A stretch of DNA of 62,984 bases, the filler included, from Ministeria vibrans ATCC 50519 (taxonomy: Eukaryota; Protista; Filasterea), in assembly GCA_943704425.1 (NCBI GenBank). It is 5 parts of 5 records of this genome, joined end to end, with 100 filler letters (N's around TTAATTAATTAA, not from the genome) between each part and the next. Parts side by side here need not be neighbours in the genome. Positions count along the whole stretch, not along the records: positions 1 to 31,646 come from CALSCP010001653.1; 4 more parts are not named here. One strand, 5' to 3'. The notes under the pieces were generated by a model, which was given only the letters and a program-made list of their open reading frames with translations, searched no databases and was not told the DNA's origin. The stretch's first letter is position 1. The number at the start of each line of letters is the position of its first letter. Below are positions 1 through 13,579 of this stretch, piece after piece. A program made the translations under genes and the position numbers.

Positions 1-72
<72 letters not shown>

Positions 73-115
73 TGACAGTGCTTTTGACAGTCCTGCTCAC
101 ACAATGTGATTGCAG

Positions 116-2627
116 GTCCTTGTGTGTTCCAGGATCGACACGGCATTTGTCGCTTTGGACTGCGCTGTGTGTTTCGTGATGCACACACCTACCGTCCCGA
201 TGCGGAAACGGCCGCGCAGCTCAGCATTGAGTTGGAGAGCGCCACACCGGAGCGCGCACAGGAGATCCGCAGTCTCATTCCGAAGAACTTTGACGCATTC
301 CTCACGACACTGCCCCACTGTGCCGTAGTAGAGCCTCTTGGCACGACCCTCAATGGACTGGCCAACACCAGCATGGTCGATCTACAGCGCCGTCGCTACA
401 AGTTCACCCTGTCGCAACCCTACCAGCGCGACACCATCACTAAACACGAAGCCACCAGAGACAAAGCCGCAGCCAATGCTGCTGCTGCTGCTGCTGCTGC
501 TGCAAGTGCAGGTACACCGCCGACGCTCACAGACGACACATCTGCGTCAGGTTCCGACCCAGAGATTGCTTTGCGCACGACCGAAAAGAAACTCATTGAC
601 TTTACGGACAAACTGATGCTCGCGCCACTCACAACGTAACAGAAGACTTTTTTGTATTGATGATCAAAATCGGTTCTTATGCCGATTCTCTTTGTACGTG
701 CACATAGTGTCGGCAACTTGCCCTTTCGTCGAATCTGCAAGGAATTCGGAGCAGACATCACATGCGGAGAAATGGCAATGGTATTTTACTTCTAGTGCAC
801 GCACACGTGACCTAACTCTCTTCTCTCTATCACTTTGGTTCTTTCTCCTCTCTCTATCACTTTGTTTCTTTCTCCTCTCTTTCTATCACTTTGTTTCTTT
901 GTCCTCTCTCCTTTGCAGGCACTGCCTCTGCTGCAAGGAAAAATGAGTGAATGGGCACTACTGAAACGGCACTCAAGCGAAGACATCTTTGGCGTGCAGC
1001 TGTGTGGGGGGTACCTGGACGTCACGACGCGCGCAGTCGAGCTCATCAACCGCGAGTGCACTGTCGACTACATTGACCTCAACTCGGGTTGTCCCATTGA
1101 CTTGGTCTGTCATAAGGTAAGAAGAGTCCTCATGACTGACGCACTCACACACGATACTATAATCGCATGTGAAGGGATGTGGGAGTGCGCTATTGGACCA
1201 GCCGAAGAAGCTGAGCAATCTTTTGCACGCCATGTGTACTGTCAGCGACGTCCCCATCACCGTCAAAGTGCGCACCTCGTATCGCAAGCAGCCCAATATT
1301 GTCGAGCGGGATGTCCTCACCCAGCTCAGCGCGACGGGTGTGCAGCTGGTAACAGTCCATGGGCGCACAAAGGAACAGCGCTACCAGAAGCTCTCCGATT
1401 GGTCCTACATTAACCGTAAGCAAAAAGAAAAACAACAAACATAATAATAAGGGACTAGATCGACTGTAACACATTGTACGCATATCAGAGTGTGCTCAGC
1501 AGAGCAGTGTTCCCGTGGCGGGCAATGGGGATATCCTGTCGTATGCGGACTATGTGCGCGCCCGTCAGACAGCCCCCGACGTCAAGGCCGTCATGATTGC
1601 AAGGTAACCGCAACATTTGATAGCGTATCTCTCACTCTCACTTCACAATCTCGCTCGTGCTTAATGACCAGTCTCATACGACTTACTTTTCCTACTTTCC
1701 ATGTACAGAGGTGCACTCATCAAACCATGGGTGTTCCAGGAGATCAAGGAGAAGCGCGAATGGGACATCAGTGCACAAGAACGACTCGACATGCTGAAGC
1801 GATATGCACGACACGGACTGGAGCACTGGGGATCAGATCCAAATGTACCTTACAAGAACGCAGGGCAGCAGAGGGAGACTGAGAGAGAGAGGAGGAAGAA
1901 AGAGTCAAAGTGATAGAGAGAGAAAGGAGGAAGAAAGAATCAAATGATAGAGAGAGGAGGAAGAAAGAATCAAAATGATAGAGAGAAAGGAGGAAGAAAA
2001 AATCAAAAGAAAGAGAAGGGAGGGAACAACGCAGAGTGATAGAGAGGGAAAATGGAAAGAAACATTGTGATACTGACTCGATTCTGTCATATTAGGGAGT
2101 TGAGACCACACGACGATTCCTTCTTGAGTTTCAGTCGTTCCATTGCCGATATATTCCAGTTGGTCTTTTAGGTATTCAAATAGGATAACATGCAATCGTA
2201 ATAATGATTATTTTGAAATTAATGGCGAAAAAGAACTCTGTCATTATTTTTTTGATATTTATTCACTACGCACTGATCTTGATAACTTGATACCCTCTGT
2301 TTCTGATTCTTTTACCCGCGTTTGTTTGTTTCTATTTTTATGTGCTTGTGTCCAGAGGAACCAAATACGATCAATCAACGGCCGCCCAGCTTTCGCGGCC
2401 GCAACGATCTGGAAACACTCCTTGCCAGTGGATATGTCGGCGATTGGATCAAGCTCAGGTACCGATAATTAATCAGTATTATATTATACACTAATGATGT
2501 TTGTATTTTTATCAATTATTGTGTGGGTTATAGTGAAATGATATTGGGCCCTGCTCCGCCAGATATGGTCTTCTGCCCAAAACACAAGGCCAGCAGCTAC
2601 GCAGCGCCCGCTGATGTATCCATCTGA
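116..2627 (+). CDS. DUS3L: tRNA-dihydrouridine(47) synthase DUS3-like; 5'-partial, multi-exon
   Basis: The spliced translation gives a CCCH finger ([22 protein letters not shown]), [85 protein letters not shown] and PKHKASSY. Introns are GT-AG; TGA at 2625-2627. Confidence 0.95.
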
Positions 2628-2948
2628 AACATTTCAAAGCTATATTTGCATTATTAGTGTTCTTTCTCCTCTTCTTCATCGGTCCCATTGGGTGTACAGA
2701 AAGCCAGCATCATCTCTTAATTATGTCGCGTCTTTTCCTTTTGTTGGCCTATCCAGTAGGTCGCATATACAAACACACTATTCTCCAACAACTGTGTGAT
2801 GCCTGACTGCGTATTCCTTGCGGCAGTCCAAGCAACATGACATGATAGAAGGCAAAAAGTGTGTCTTGTGGAACCCTCGATTTTTGTGCAATGCTATTAT
2901 TATTATTATCAGTATATGAGGTGTATTGCAAATCTTGTCTTGGGTATC

Positions 2949-4491
2949 TTATCGACAGAGCGTTGCGTCAATCTGCGTCAGTCCGTCTCCCAATGCGCGT
3001 CGCACCTTCACGCGGTACTGATTGTCCTTGGCCAGTGGATTCCGTTCAAAGTACACTGTGCGCAGTGCACTGTGACCCGATAGTTTATCGATTTCCCGGA
3101 AATCACTTACTTTGTTGTCATTACACTACGTCAAAAGACAACAAAAAAAAATTAAGAACGGTACACTTTTGCCAGATTTTGTTACCCAAAATTCCTCAAG
3201 AAGAGTCAATCGATCAAGTGAGTGGAGCGTCTCAATCTGATTGGAACCCACATCCAAAGTATTCAGCGAAACCTATAAAAAAAACAGAGAGATAGATAGA
3301 GAGAGACAGAGAGAGACATAAAAAGTGGAAACAAACAGAGGGGAGGAAGAAAGAAACAATGTGATGGAGAGAAAAAAATAACGAGTATAAGATTTCCAAG
3401 CACAAAAACAAAGTTCTCCACAGTGCAATTCTGACCAGATCTTGAAAGGGGTCGAGTGAGGAGAGGGCATTGTCACTGAAATAGCCTTCTTCTAATTTGG
3501 TCAGAGTCGCAAGTGATTCAATTTCAACCAGTCGATTGGCCTAAAACAAATCATTCAACATACGTCGCATTGGAATAGCAGTGTTGGCCTTACTTGGACA
3601 CTGAGTGTCTTGAGATTGATAAGCGATTCGATTCCTTTGAGCGACGTTAGTTTGTTTTTGCCCAAGTACAGTTCCTCCAATTGAGTGAGTGTTTCCAGTC
3701 CACTCAGCTCCTAAAAGTGAGTTAATCCCCGGTCAGATTCAGTGTGGATAAAAAAGAAGGGGTGTCGTACGCGAAGTCGATTTGCGCCCAATTCCAACAG
3801 TCTGAGGTTCGTCAATGACTCGAGTCCTGTGATCTACGAACTGCAAGTCAGAAGCGCCTTCCGACCAACGTGCTTGTGTGTTTTTTACTTGTTTGATTTT
3901 GTTTTGACAGAGATAGAGCTTAGTGAGGTGAGTGAGATGACCGATGTTTTCGATATGGCGAATCACATTGAAGGACACATCCAAATGTCTGCAACAATCA
4001 ACAGGTTCAGGTCAACCAGACAGCATTTCTCTCGTGTCTCAGCCTACGTGAGCTTCACGAGTGCCTGCAGATTCTCAATGTGCGCCAGACGATTGTCGTT
4101 AAGGTCGAGAAACTCCAGATCTTCGTGGTTATCGAGATTCTACATGTGAGCGAGTGTGAGAGGTGCAAACATGCAAAAGTGTTGTCGTAGATCCAACCTC
4201 AATTTTTGGGATTCGGTTTCGTCGCACGCTCAAGTGTCGCAACGACGTGACCTGAGGGAAGGCAGGAAGTTCTTCCAACTGGGCGTGCGTCCAATCGATT
4301 TCCTACTGAAAGCAAGCGACAGTGGCGTCGGACGAAATGCGTTGAGTCATCATCATACGGCGCGCGCACATCAACAGCGAATCAAAACGACATGTCATCG
4401 GCACACACCGCCACGACTCACACCCAGACAGACACCGTGCCACGTACCGTTTCGTCTTCGGCAATCGTCTCCGCTAACGGCGGGTGGTCTG

Positions 4492-4549
<58 letters not shown>

Positions 4550-4622
4550 AGCAGTGAGCAGATCACACACACACACACTCTCTCTCCGCCGCCTTACAGA
4601 TGTACGAGGGTCCCGACGACAT
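2949..4622 (-). CDS. PPP1R7: Protein phosphatase 1 regulatory subunit 7 (SDS22), LRR protein, multi-exon
   Basis: SDS22-type LRRs (DVSFNVIRHIENIGHLTHLTKLYLCQNKIKQ, LELGANRLR, LEELYLGKNKL) and C-terminal cap LRTVYFERNPLAKDNQYRVKV...LTQIDAT. Start ATG at 4622 inferred from in-frame splicing (MSSGPSYI/YHPPLAETIAEDET). Confidence 0.9.
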
Positions 4623-4922
4623 TTCCTCCTTTTCAACACGCGCAGTGTGCCTTTCGTCTTCGACGTCTGACAAGTCTGAGTCCATTTTGAGAGTGAGCGA
4701 AGAAAATAAATTGTGTGAATTGTGAAGACTGAAGAGTCAAAGACTGAAGAGTACAAGTTAAAAGTAGACTAACATCAGACTTTACCAACTGCTCCATCTA
4801 ACAGTAAATCCAACTATCCAGGCAGGCCCAAATGATTACCGTTGCTCTTTTACGGTTTACAACGGAAACAAACAAACCGCACATCAGACATATGTACTTA
4901 CAGAAACACATTCAAATCTTGT

Positions 4923-5153
4923 TCATTGTGATTGTGGGTGGCTGACTGTGACATTGACAAAGAGCACATCGTCGAAATCATAATTCTTGCCGCTAATGAG
5001 ATCCACTGCACGCAGTCCCCTCAGCGCTTGAAGGCCCTCGCTCACGCCAATCACAGTCAGACACACACTGGCACTCGTTCCGCTGTTGATTTCACCCACA
5101 TTCTAAAGAAGACAGTGACAGATAGTTATAAGTTAATGCTAGGAGTAATAGAG

Positions 5154-5244
<91 letters not shown>

Positions 5245-7871
5245 AGTGATAGAGAGAGAGGAGGGAGAAAGAAACAAAGTGATAGAGAGAGAGGAGGGAG
5301 AAAGAAACAAAGTGATAGAGAGAGAGGAGGGAGAAAGAAACAAAGTGAGAGAGAGAGAGAGAAACAAAGTGATAGAGAGAGAGAGAGAAACAAAGTGATA
5401 GAGAGAGAGGAGGGAGAAAGAAACAAAGTGATAGAGAGAGAGGAGGGAGAAAGAAACAAAGTGATAGAGAGAAGAGGGAGAAAGAAACAAAGTGATAGAG
5501 AGAGAGAAGAGGGAGAAAGAAACAAAGTGATAGAGAGAGAGAAGAGGGAGAAAGAAACAAAGTGATAGAGAGGAGGGAGAAACAAAAAAAAGTGATAGAG
5601 AGGAGGGAGAAAGAAACAAAGTGATAGAGAGAGAGACATACAGACAGACAGAGAGAGAGTAGGGAGAATGAAACTAAGTAATAGAGAGAGAGAGATGGTG
5701 TGTGCGTGTGCATGTACTTGGCCTGATACTCCCACGACGCGCAGTCCCTCCATTCGCTCACTCACTGAGTTGAGTCGCACTGAGAGTTTTCGATCGCTAC
5801 ATAAAGAGGTTGGAGCAGTGAGCAAGGAGAGAAAAGGAAACAAAGTGAGATAAAGAGAGACGGGGGGGAAAAAAGAAGGAAAGAAACAACGTGATAGAGA
5901 GAGAGAAAGAAGGGAGAAAAAAAAAGAAAAAAAACAAAGAGATACAGAAAGTGATAGAGAGAAAAGGGTAAAAGATTAACAATGCAAAATATTGATGATC
6001 GAGAGATACTGACCTGTTGTTGTCAAGTTGAAGGACAATGTGAAAGGGAGCAAGCAAAGCGACACTCTGAGGGGCATTCCAAGAACGCAGTGCAAGCTCG
6101 TCGATGGATGGAACCTGAAAAGCCAAACACACACAAGACGATAGAACATAGTAAGTGAAGGAGAGAGAGGGAGAGAATGGAAACATAGTAAGAGAGAGGA
6201 AGTAACAAGGCAATAGAGAGAAAGAGAACGGGCACTGACAGCAAAAAAGAAACCCACTCAAGGAATGCCACTCAATCACTGACCTTTCTGGGTAATTGAC
6301 TCGTCTGCAAACGGCCCTTCTCGCCCAAATTAGTGCGCCACACAATGTCAATTTTACCAATTGAGGGAGAACGCTAAAATGGACAGTATAAAACAAAAAT
6401 TCTTTGGCTTGACATTTGATGTTACGAGTGATTCTCTGAGCGCGTTTTCGAGAGGAGTGAGTTTGTAGAGATATTGTCTGATTTCCTGAGGATTGAGCAT
6501 TCCGTGAGTGGACGAAAAGGACTCACACACTACAACAAGAGAGAGAAAGAGAAAATGCAGAAGGAAAGTAATAAAGAGACAGAAGAAAGAACACAATGAT
6601 AAAAAGAAAAAATCGAGTGAGTGAATGGAAAAGAAAAGCTCAAGAGACACCAATAATCCATTAATATTTATACGTTTTCCGTTTGACTTCAAGGAGTTGA
6701 GATCAATCGCATCAAAGACAGTTGAAAGGGGTTCAAAGCGAACCGACTTGACAAACATCACTTGGGATGTCACATTCTGCATTTGCGCCTCAAGAAACAC
6801 ACAATCCTATCATCCGCGTCTCGGTTTAGTAATCAGGCATCAATAATTAGTTCACTGTTCTTATGATTTGTCGTACGGGTAAACTGTGTACTTTTGTCTT
6901 GACGGCCAAAGGCGGAAGAACTTTGAAAGAAAAGCGCTTTGCGTCAGGAAGACGAAGATCGCCGGAGGGTGCGAGGAACGCCACCGAGCACACCAGACTG
7001 CATATTAAAATTGTTATATTTATAATAATATTAATAATTATTATCATTATTATTATTAGCTCTTGATTCTCTATTATTATTATAATAAATTATAATAATA
7101 ATAATTATATTGAATACCTGTGTAAACCAAGTTCTTTGACATCGTGGGTCATGAGGGCGTCGGTGCTTTCGCCCGGCGCGAGAGTCGCGCGTGGCTCCTT
7201 ACTTGTGTCGACGAGTGAGACGCGCTGAGACGCCGTTTGCAGCTCCGCCTGCTCAACACCCGGTTATAAAACGTCTCTGTCACAACACTCGTAGTACTGC
7301 ACCTTGATCGCAACATTCGTGACAGGAAGCTCTCCTTCGTTATGGATACTTATTAATGCGGAAAACGTCTCGCCAAGATAGACCGAATTGCTGCAAAGGG
7401 CAGTCGAGTCTGGTCAGTCTCACCTCTCTCTGCCATGCCACCCCTCCTCGTACCCTTTGCTTTGCGGTAGAGCAAGAAACTCGCTCACGCCCATGTCAGG
7501 CGCCTCGACAACCGACCCCACCTGAAGTTGTCCGGCGGTAAAGTCACCTGAACCAAAAAACAAAAATGTGTTGTGAGTTGTGCAGCAAAATCATTATTTT
7601 TTTTGCACAATTCTGCCTTACCAGGACCCTCTGACAGCTCGCAGGGAACGGGCACGGTCGTCATGAGCGTTGGTCGTGTCAGACGCATCACTAGTGCGCC
7701 AACAGGTGAGTGTGTGCTTGTCAGACGCACTCTTGAGTCACCTTTCAAAATAAGCGTGTCGCGCCCTGGCCCCGTGGCCGCCGCCGTCGTCGACGAGGGT
7801 GGCGACAGAGGATTGCCTGAGACAACACTCGACGAGCGCGACGGGGTGTTTGTTCTTGCTGGAGATGCCAT
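4923..7871 (-). CDS. TRAPPC13: Trafficking protein particle complex subunit 13 (DUF974), multi-exon
   Basis: Exons encode [61 protein letters not shown] and GRLQT, ending [20 protein letters not shown]...*. Confidence 0.9.
5239..5635. repeat. Intronic ~33-bp minisatellite (AAACAAAGTGATAGAGAGAGAGGAGGGAGAAAG), about 13 degenerate copies, preceded by (AG)n
   Basis: Tandem copies are directly visible inside a TRAPPC13 intron. The same core motif occurs in other introns of the window. Confidence 0.9.
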
Positions 7872-7945
7872 GACAAAAATAATTATGAATTTATGATGAT
7901 CCTTAAAATATTTTTAATTCTTACATTATATTTTTTTCAACTGCC

Positions 7946-8060
7946 ATGAAGGCTCGCGCCAAGAAGATTGGCATCACAGCCATTGGCAGAGGGCGTGCCG
8001 ATGCCGGCTACGACACAGCATTACACGGTACAACTGCTCACACACACACACACACACACA

Positions 8061-8106
<46 letters not shown>

Positions 8107-10041
8107 CCCTCTTGCTCTCACGCTATCCTGTATGCACATGCATGCATGCATTGGCGCACGCACACTCCTTAAGAACACAATCACACACACACACACACAC
8201 ACACACAATCACACACACACTCAGTCAAGTCAAAAAACAGTATCTTGTCGCAAAAAAATATACTAAACCACCAGCCCTTTCCACTGCCTCACCACCGCTC
8301 CCCACAGAGCCCACCTCCCCTAAGCACGCCCCTACCACGCTTGGTTGCTGCGCATTCTCTTTCCTTTATCCTATCAGCTTTTCCTTTTTTTTTCTTCTTC
8401 TTCTTTTTTTTTTTCTCTCTCTCTCACTCCATATCGTCATCCCATTCTAATCACCCTTCTCAATCGTTGTATAGACCTTCAAGGACGTCACTCTGAGCAG
8501 ATGCGCTCGTTTGAGGTCCACACACAGGAGAAATTGCAACTTTTAGAAGAACTTGGCGACTTTGCAAAGAAACGCGCTGAGATCGAGGCTGAATACGCAT
8601 CCAGGCTGGACCGGCTTGTGGTACGCCGACCCCCTCCCCCCTTGTGCCCCCGTGCACTCCCTGCTTGGCGCCGATGCGACCTCGTTTGGCGCTATTTAAT
8701 GCCTTGTCTAAAAACGGAAATGCGCTGTGTGACTGTGTAGGAGAAGTACAAGACGCGCATGGTGTCCAAGTACGTCGCTGCACACGATCTCGAAGCCAAG
8801 GCGGCGGCGCAGTTCCTCAAGGACGACACCGGCAGAGCGGGCACCACAACGCACTATGTGTGGCGCACCATCCTGGACTGCACAAAGGACATCTCGCGCA
8901 TGCACTCCACCATCTCGCACACCTTCAGCAGCGACGTAGGCGACGCTGTCAACAATTTGCTGCGCATCACGGCGTCGGCGAGTAAGCAGTGCCAGGAGAA
9001 TGGCTTGCGTCTGCAAGAGAGCTGTCAGCACAGCCTCAGCGAACTCGAGGAGGCCGTTCGCGCACTCGCCCTCCACGAAGGCCGTCTCGAAGCGGCGCGT
9101 GTCAAAGTGGCCAGTGTCAAAGACAAATTGCGTTCGGGCAAGAGCAAGACGTCCACCAATCCGTTTGGCAAGAAAAAGGATATGGCCGACGAACTGGCGC
9201 GCGTTCAAGATTTGCTCGATCGTCAGAGCCAACGCACCAAAAACGCGAGAAACACCTACCTGCTCGCGCTGCGTGCCTCCAACGCACACAAAGACCGTTT
9301 CTTTGCAACCGAGGCAATCGATCTCATCGACGTCCTTGACGGTGGCTACCATCGCAAAATGCGCGAACTTTTCACCGCCATCTCGGCTGTCGAGCAGCGT
9401 GCCTGCAAGGAAGTCATGCGCTCCACGCGCGACCTCCTTGACCGCTGTTCGCGCATCGATGCCTCGCTTGAAAAGGACATCTTCATCAAATCACACCAAG
9501 ATGCATTCACTAACCCTCCCGAATTTGTCCTTGTTTCGACTGGCTCACCCGCCATTGCCGACACCGAAACGCTTCTTTGCGACGACGAGAGCGCACCCCC
9601 TCTCTCACGTCTCCTCGACAACGCCAACGCACGGCTGCGTGAACTTCGCCAAGACGCCGAAGTGTACCAAGAGAGCCTGGCCAAGGCCATGACCAATGCC
9701 ACACCCACCACCGGCCGCTCCTCATCCGCCTTGGTCTCGCGCACGGGCTCCGAGACTGCCGACAAGCCTGCCACAACACCTGAAGCGACCTCTGACAGCG
9801 ATTCAACTGCTGCCGACCAGCTTGAGCTCGAAGATGATTCGTATCTTGGTGGAAGGGTACCTCGCGCCTCGAAAAAGTCTTTTTTCTTGTTTTTTCTCAT
9901 TCTGGTTTCTTTTTCGTTTTGTGTTGCAGAAGGTTCGCCGATCGTCCATTCATTTGGACCAAACGGAAGACATTTCACATGTAAGGATGTTCAGAAAAAA
10001 CGAAGAAGGAAAAAAAAAAACCACACTCACAACAATAATAA

Positions 10042-10095
<54 letters not shown>

Positions 10096-13000
10096 TCATG
10101 CTTTTGTCTTGCTGTATAATAGTATGTGGACGTGTATGCGAGCGAGTCACTTGTGCAAGACGACATTTTGAAGCTAGAAACAGTGGTGGGTGCAGTGAGG
10201 GAGGTCATGGACGATTTTCTGGAGGCCGGTGGAGTGGTCCGCGAAGAGGCGAGCGGGCGCATGGCCAGTACTGCTCACCTCATGGGTGGCGGCAGTGCTG
10301 CGTCAGCAGGAGCTGGTCTCACGAGCATGGCGGGGGTGAGTCTCACTGGCGGCCCTCTCGCTGAAGATGGTGCTAACGAGCCCGCCACCTACATGATGCT
10401 CATGGGCTCGTCTGGTGGTAAACGCAAGAGACAACGCGGTGGCGGTGCAACTGCTGCTGCCACCGCTGCTGCTGCTGCGTCCACTGTCGCCGCGGCTGTT
10501 GGCGACGACTTTGATGCCGAAGGCAATGCAGCGGCTGCCGTCACAAATACCTCGATTGCCGACCAGGATGGTCCTCCGCCACGCCCCAGACCACCACCGG
10601 GTCGCCCACCGCCCCCCAAGACACAACCAGGCGGTCATGAGCACGGTAGTGGCAAGACTGGCAAGGCTGGCAAGACGGGGCGACGTGGGCCGTCGGCTCG
10701 TGCCTACGGTGTCAATGTGCAGGCGTACTGTACCAAAACAGGCTTGAGTGTGCCTTTCGTTGTCGACACGTGCATTGACGCGGTCGAGCGGTACGGACTG
10801 CAAAAGGAGGGCATTTTCCGCAAGTCGGGTCAGTTGGCGCTCATCAACCAGATGAAGGCGGAGCTGAACAAGGGTCGCAATCCTCTGGCCAACGGGCCGC
10901 ACAACGAAGACGATGTTCACGCCATTGCGGGCGCATTCAAGCTCTACTTCCGCGAACTACCCGACCCACTTTTCCCCCACTACGACCAGCTCGTCTCCAT
11001 TCTGCGCATTGCAGACTACGAAGAGCGTCTTAGCGGCATTCGCACCTACCTGCACAGCGACCTTTTCCCTCCCGCCAATCTCGCCACCCTCGAACGCCTT
11101 GCCGTGTTTCTCCGCAAAGTCTCGTCACAGGCGCACGTGAACAAAATGCGCGTGCACAATGTTGCCATTGTGTTTGGGCCAACATTGTTGCGTCCACCGC
11201 CTGAGAACATGGCCGCCGTCATCACCGACGCGGGTGTCCAGTCGTTGCTTGTGGAGAACATCCTCACGGAGATCGAATGGATCTTTAACGGCGCCAGCGC
11301 GCTTATCAAGGGCAAGGCGGCCGACGCGGCTGCTGCCAAAGTCGCCGCCGATGCTGCCTCGGCTGCCGCTGCCGTCGCCGAGGCAGCCGAGGCGGAGGCG
11401 CGCAACATGGCTGTCGAAGCAATCTACGCCACACCCGTGCTGAAGAGCGAAGCGCCCAGCGAGACTGAGCAAGAGAGCGACCGTGAGATGGAGATCAAGG
11501 AGGAGGGTGTTTTCGAAGATCCTCTTTATGGTGTGCCGCGTCGCCGCTCCAAGACGAGCGACACAGTGACCGCTGACTATGCTGCGACTGGTGACGGTGA
11601 CGACGACGACGATGATGATGATGATGGTGGTGGTGGTGGCGAGGGGAGCAGTGACGAGGAGGAGGGGTCAGATGAGGACGATTCGGATGAGTCGAGTGAG
11701 TCGGACGAGTCGGATGATGAACCTGATGAAATTGAAGTGGGCTACATGATGCATGCGTACACGGCTATGTCTGAAACAGAGCTGACGGTGAAGGCGGGCG
11801 AGGAGATCTCGGTCATTGCGCACGGTGGCGATGGTTGGGTGCGTGCACGCCGACCCGACGACACAGTAGGCTACGTGCCCGAGTCATACGTGTCGGTGCT
11901 GTGCAAACGCACAAATCCCCGCAAGAAAGTGAAGAAGAGCAGTATTGGCGGTGGCGACGAGCAGTCGATGGGTGAAGATTCGTCAAAGAAACAACTTCAA
12001 AAGAAGCAGGAGCCGGAAGAAGAGCAATCGACAACCGTTGTGTCGCGAAATCTCCCGCGTCGCGTGTCGGTCGAGCCGCCTTGTGAAGCTATTGACGACG
12101 AGTATGCGACGGTAGTGAAGAAGAAGAGCTTTTCATCTACACTGGACGTGACCAGTGAGGAGATCGCCGCAGCGGCAGTAGACGAACCTGCTTTGACGCC
12201 GCCTCCACCGCAGCGTGCCTCCTCGGTGACACCATCACTCCCCAAGCGTGTCGAAGCTGCTGTGTTGGTTGAACCTACGCAGGGACCACCGCCGCCCGTG
12301 CGCACCGGCAGTGTTGCAGGCGCTCTCAGTCCCGCGCCTCCTCCCGGTCTAGGCATCACGAAGCCTCTCTTTAAAACCCCACCACCCTTCACGCTCGACG
12401 ACGACGAAGACCACACCAATGTCGAGAGGCAACCACCGTCTGCAGGAAACGTCTCGTTGCCGCCAAACCTCAACCTACCACCACCGCCTCCCATTTCCCT
12501 TCCGTCGCCCACCAACAGCCCTCTGCCACCTCGTCCCGCCCCGTCTGCCGCGCCGCCCGACCCTGACTCGGCGCAGTTTGCAATGCCACCTCCGCCGGCC
12601 GCGTCGCTTCCGATCGATCAGTCGACCGGTCTGCTACTGGATGGTCCTGCCTCGCGTCCAGCCTCCACCTCGCTCTCCTCTTTGTCGTCTGCGCCATCCA
12701 CCCCCAAAGGCCTTCCTCCGCGTGTGCTTAACAAGCCGTTGAAGAAGGTTCCTTTTGCGTCCGTGCGGTCCTCCGTTCCCAACTGTCCACCGACGACTGC
12801 GCATCCGGTCACAACCGACGAACTTGACACTTCCTCTGATGACAACCTACCGCTTCCGCCGCCCGTCGATCTCGCTGACCTCCCTCCTCCCTCTTTCTCA
12901 TCACTCCCTCCTCCTCCTCCACCTCCCTCCGCTGTGTCCGACACCCCACTCTTGCCCGAGAGCCCTCCGACACCGCCAATGCGACTCAGCTCGGACGACG

Positions 13001-13491
13001 ACACTGCTCATCTACGCTCCTCACCACGCAAGCTCACCTCTCCCAAACTGGTACGTCGCACAAGCGACGCCAAAGAGGATGTGCCCATTGGCGAGCCGCG
13101 CGACAAAGACAAAGCCAAACCGCCTCGACCCGCTCCGCCCGTCTCCGCCCGCGTTGCCTCCGCCGCCGCCCTCAACGCTGGCCGCAAACCCCCTCCGCCC
13201 CTCTTCCAGAAACACTCATCGCCGTCTCTCACGGGCAGCATCAGTGCGGGTAGTAGCAACAACAGTGAGGCCAGCAGCGCGCCGCTCGACGTCGGCAGCC
13301 CTGCCATTCCGCAACGCAGCTCGTCTGCCACCATGCGCCCCCCTCCCCCGCAGAAGCGTCCCAAGCCCAAGGCCGCCGTCCTCCCACCTTCGTCGTCTGC
13401 CGCCCAGCGTAACAGCGCTCGTTCGTCGCGCGTCAGTTCCGATGGACCGCCTCCAATGGACGAAATGGACGACGATGAAGATCTCATTTGA
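7946..13491 (+). CDS. F-BAR + RhoGAP + SH3 + Pro-rich tail protein (srGAP/ARHGAP4-like)
   Basis: F-BAR (LLEELGDFAKKRAEIEAEYASRLDRL; KNARNTYLLALRASNA), RhoGAP (VPFVVDTCIDAVERYGLQKEGIFRKSG...AIAGAFKLYFRELPDPLF...NKMRVHNVAIVFGPTLL), SH3 (YTAMSETELTVKAGE...DGWV...GYVPESYV) and a long PxxP-rich tail. Confidence 0.9.
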
Positions 13492-13579
13492 TACTGTAAC
13501 TTTTTTTTAAAAAATTATGTTTTTTGTTATGTCTTTTCACTTTTTTTTTGGGACGAAGGTGTTATGTGTTGTTTAAATT

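Noticed and set aside
5239-5635. CRISPR array or tetO-like operator array (GTGATAGAGA)
   Set aside because: There are no unique spacers and no cas genes, and it lies in a eukaryotic intron. The tetO match is a non-palindromic half-site.
5092-5843. Long Ser/Leu/Phe-rich ORFs (also the CVCVCV/HTHTHT ORFs at 54664-55286)
   Set aside because: These are translations of intronic micro- and minisatellites.
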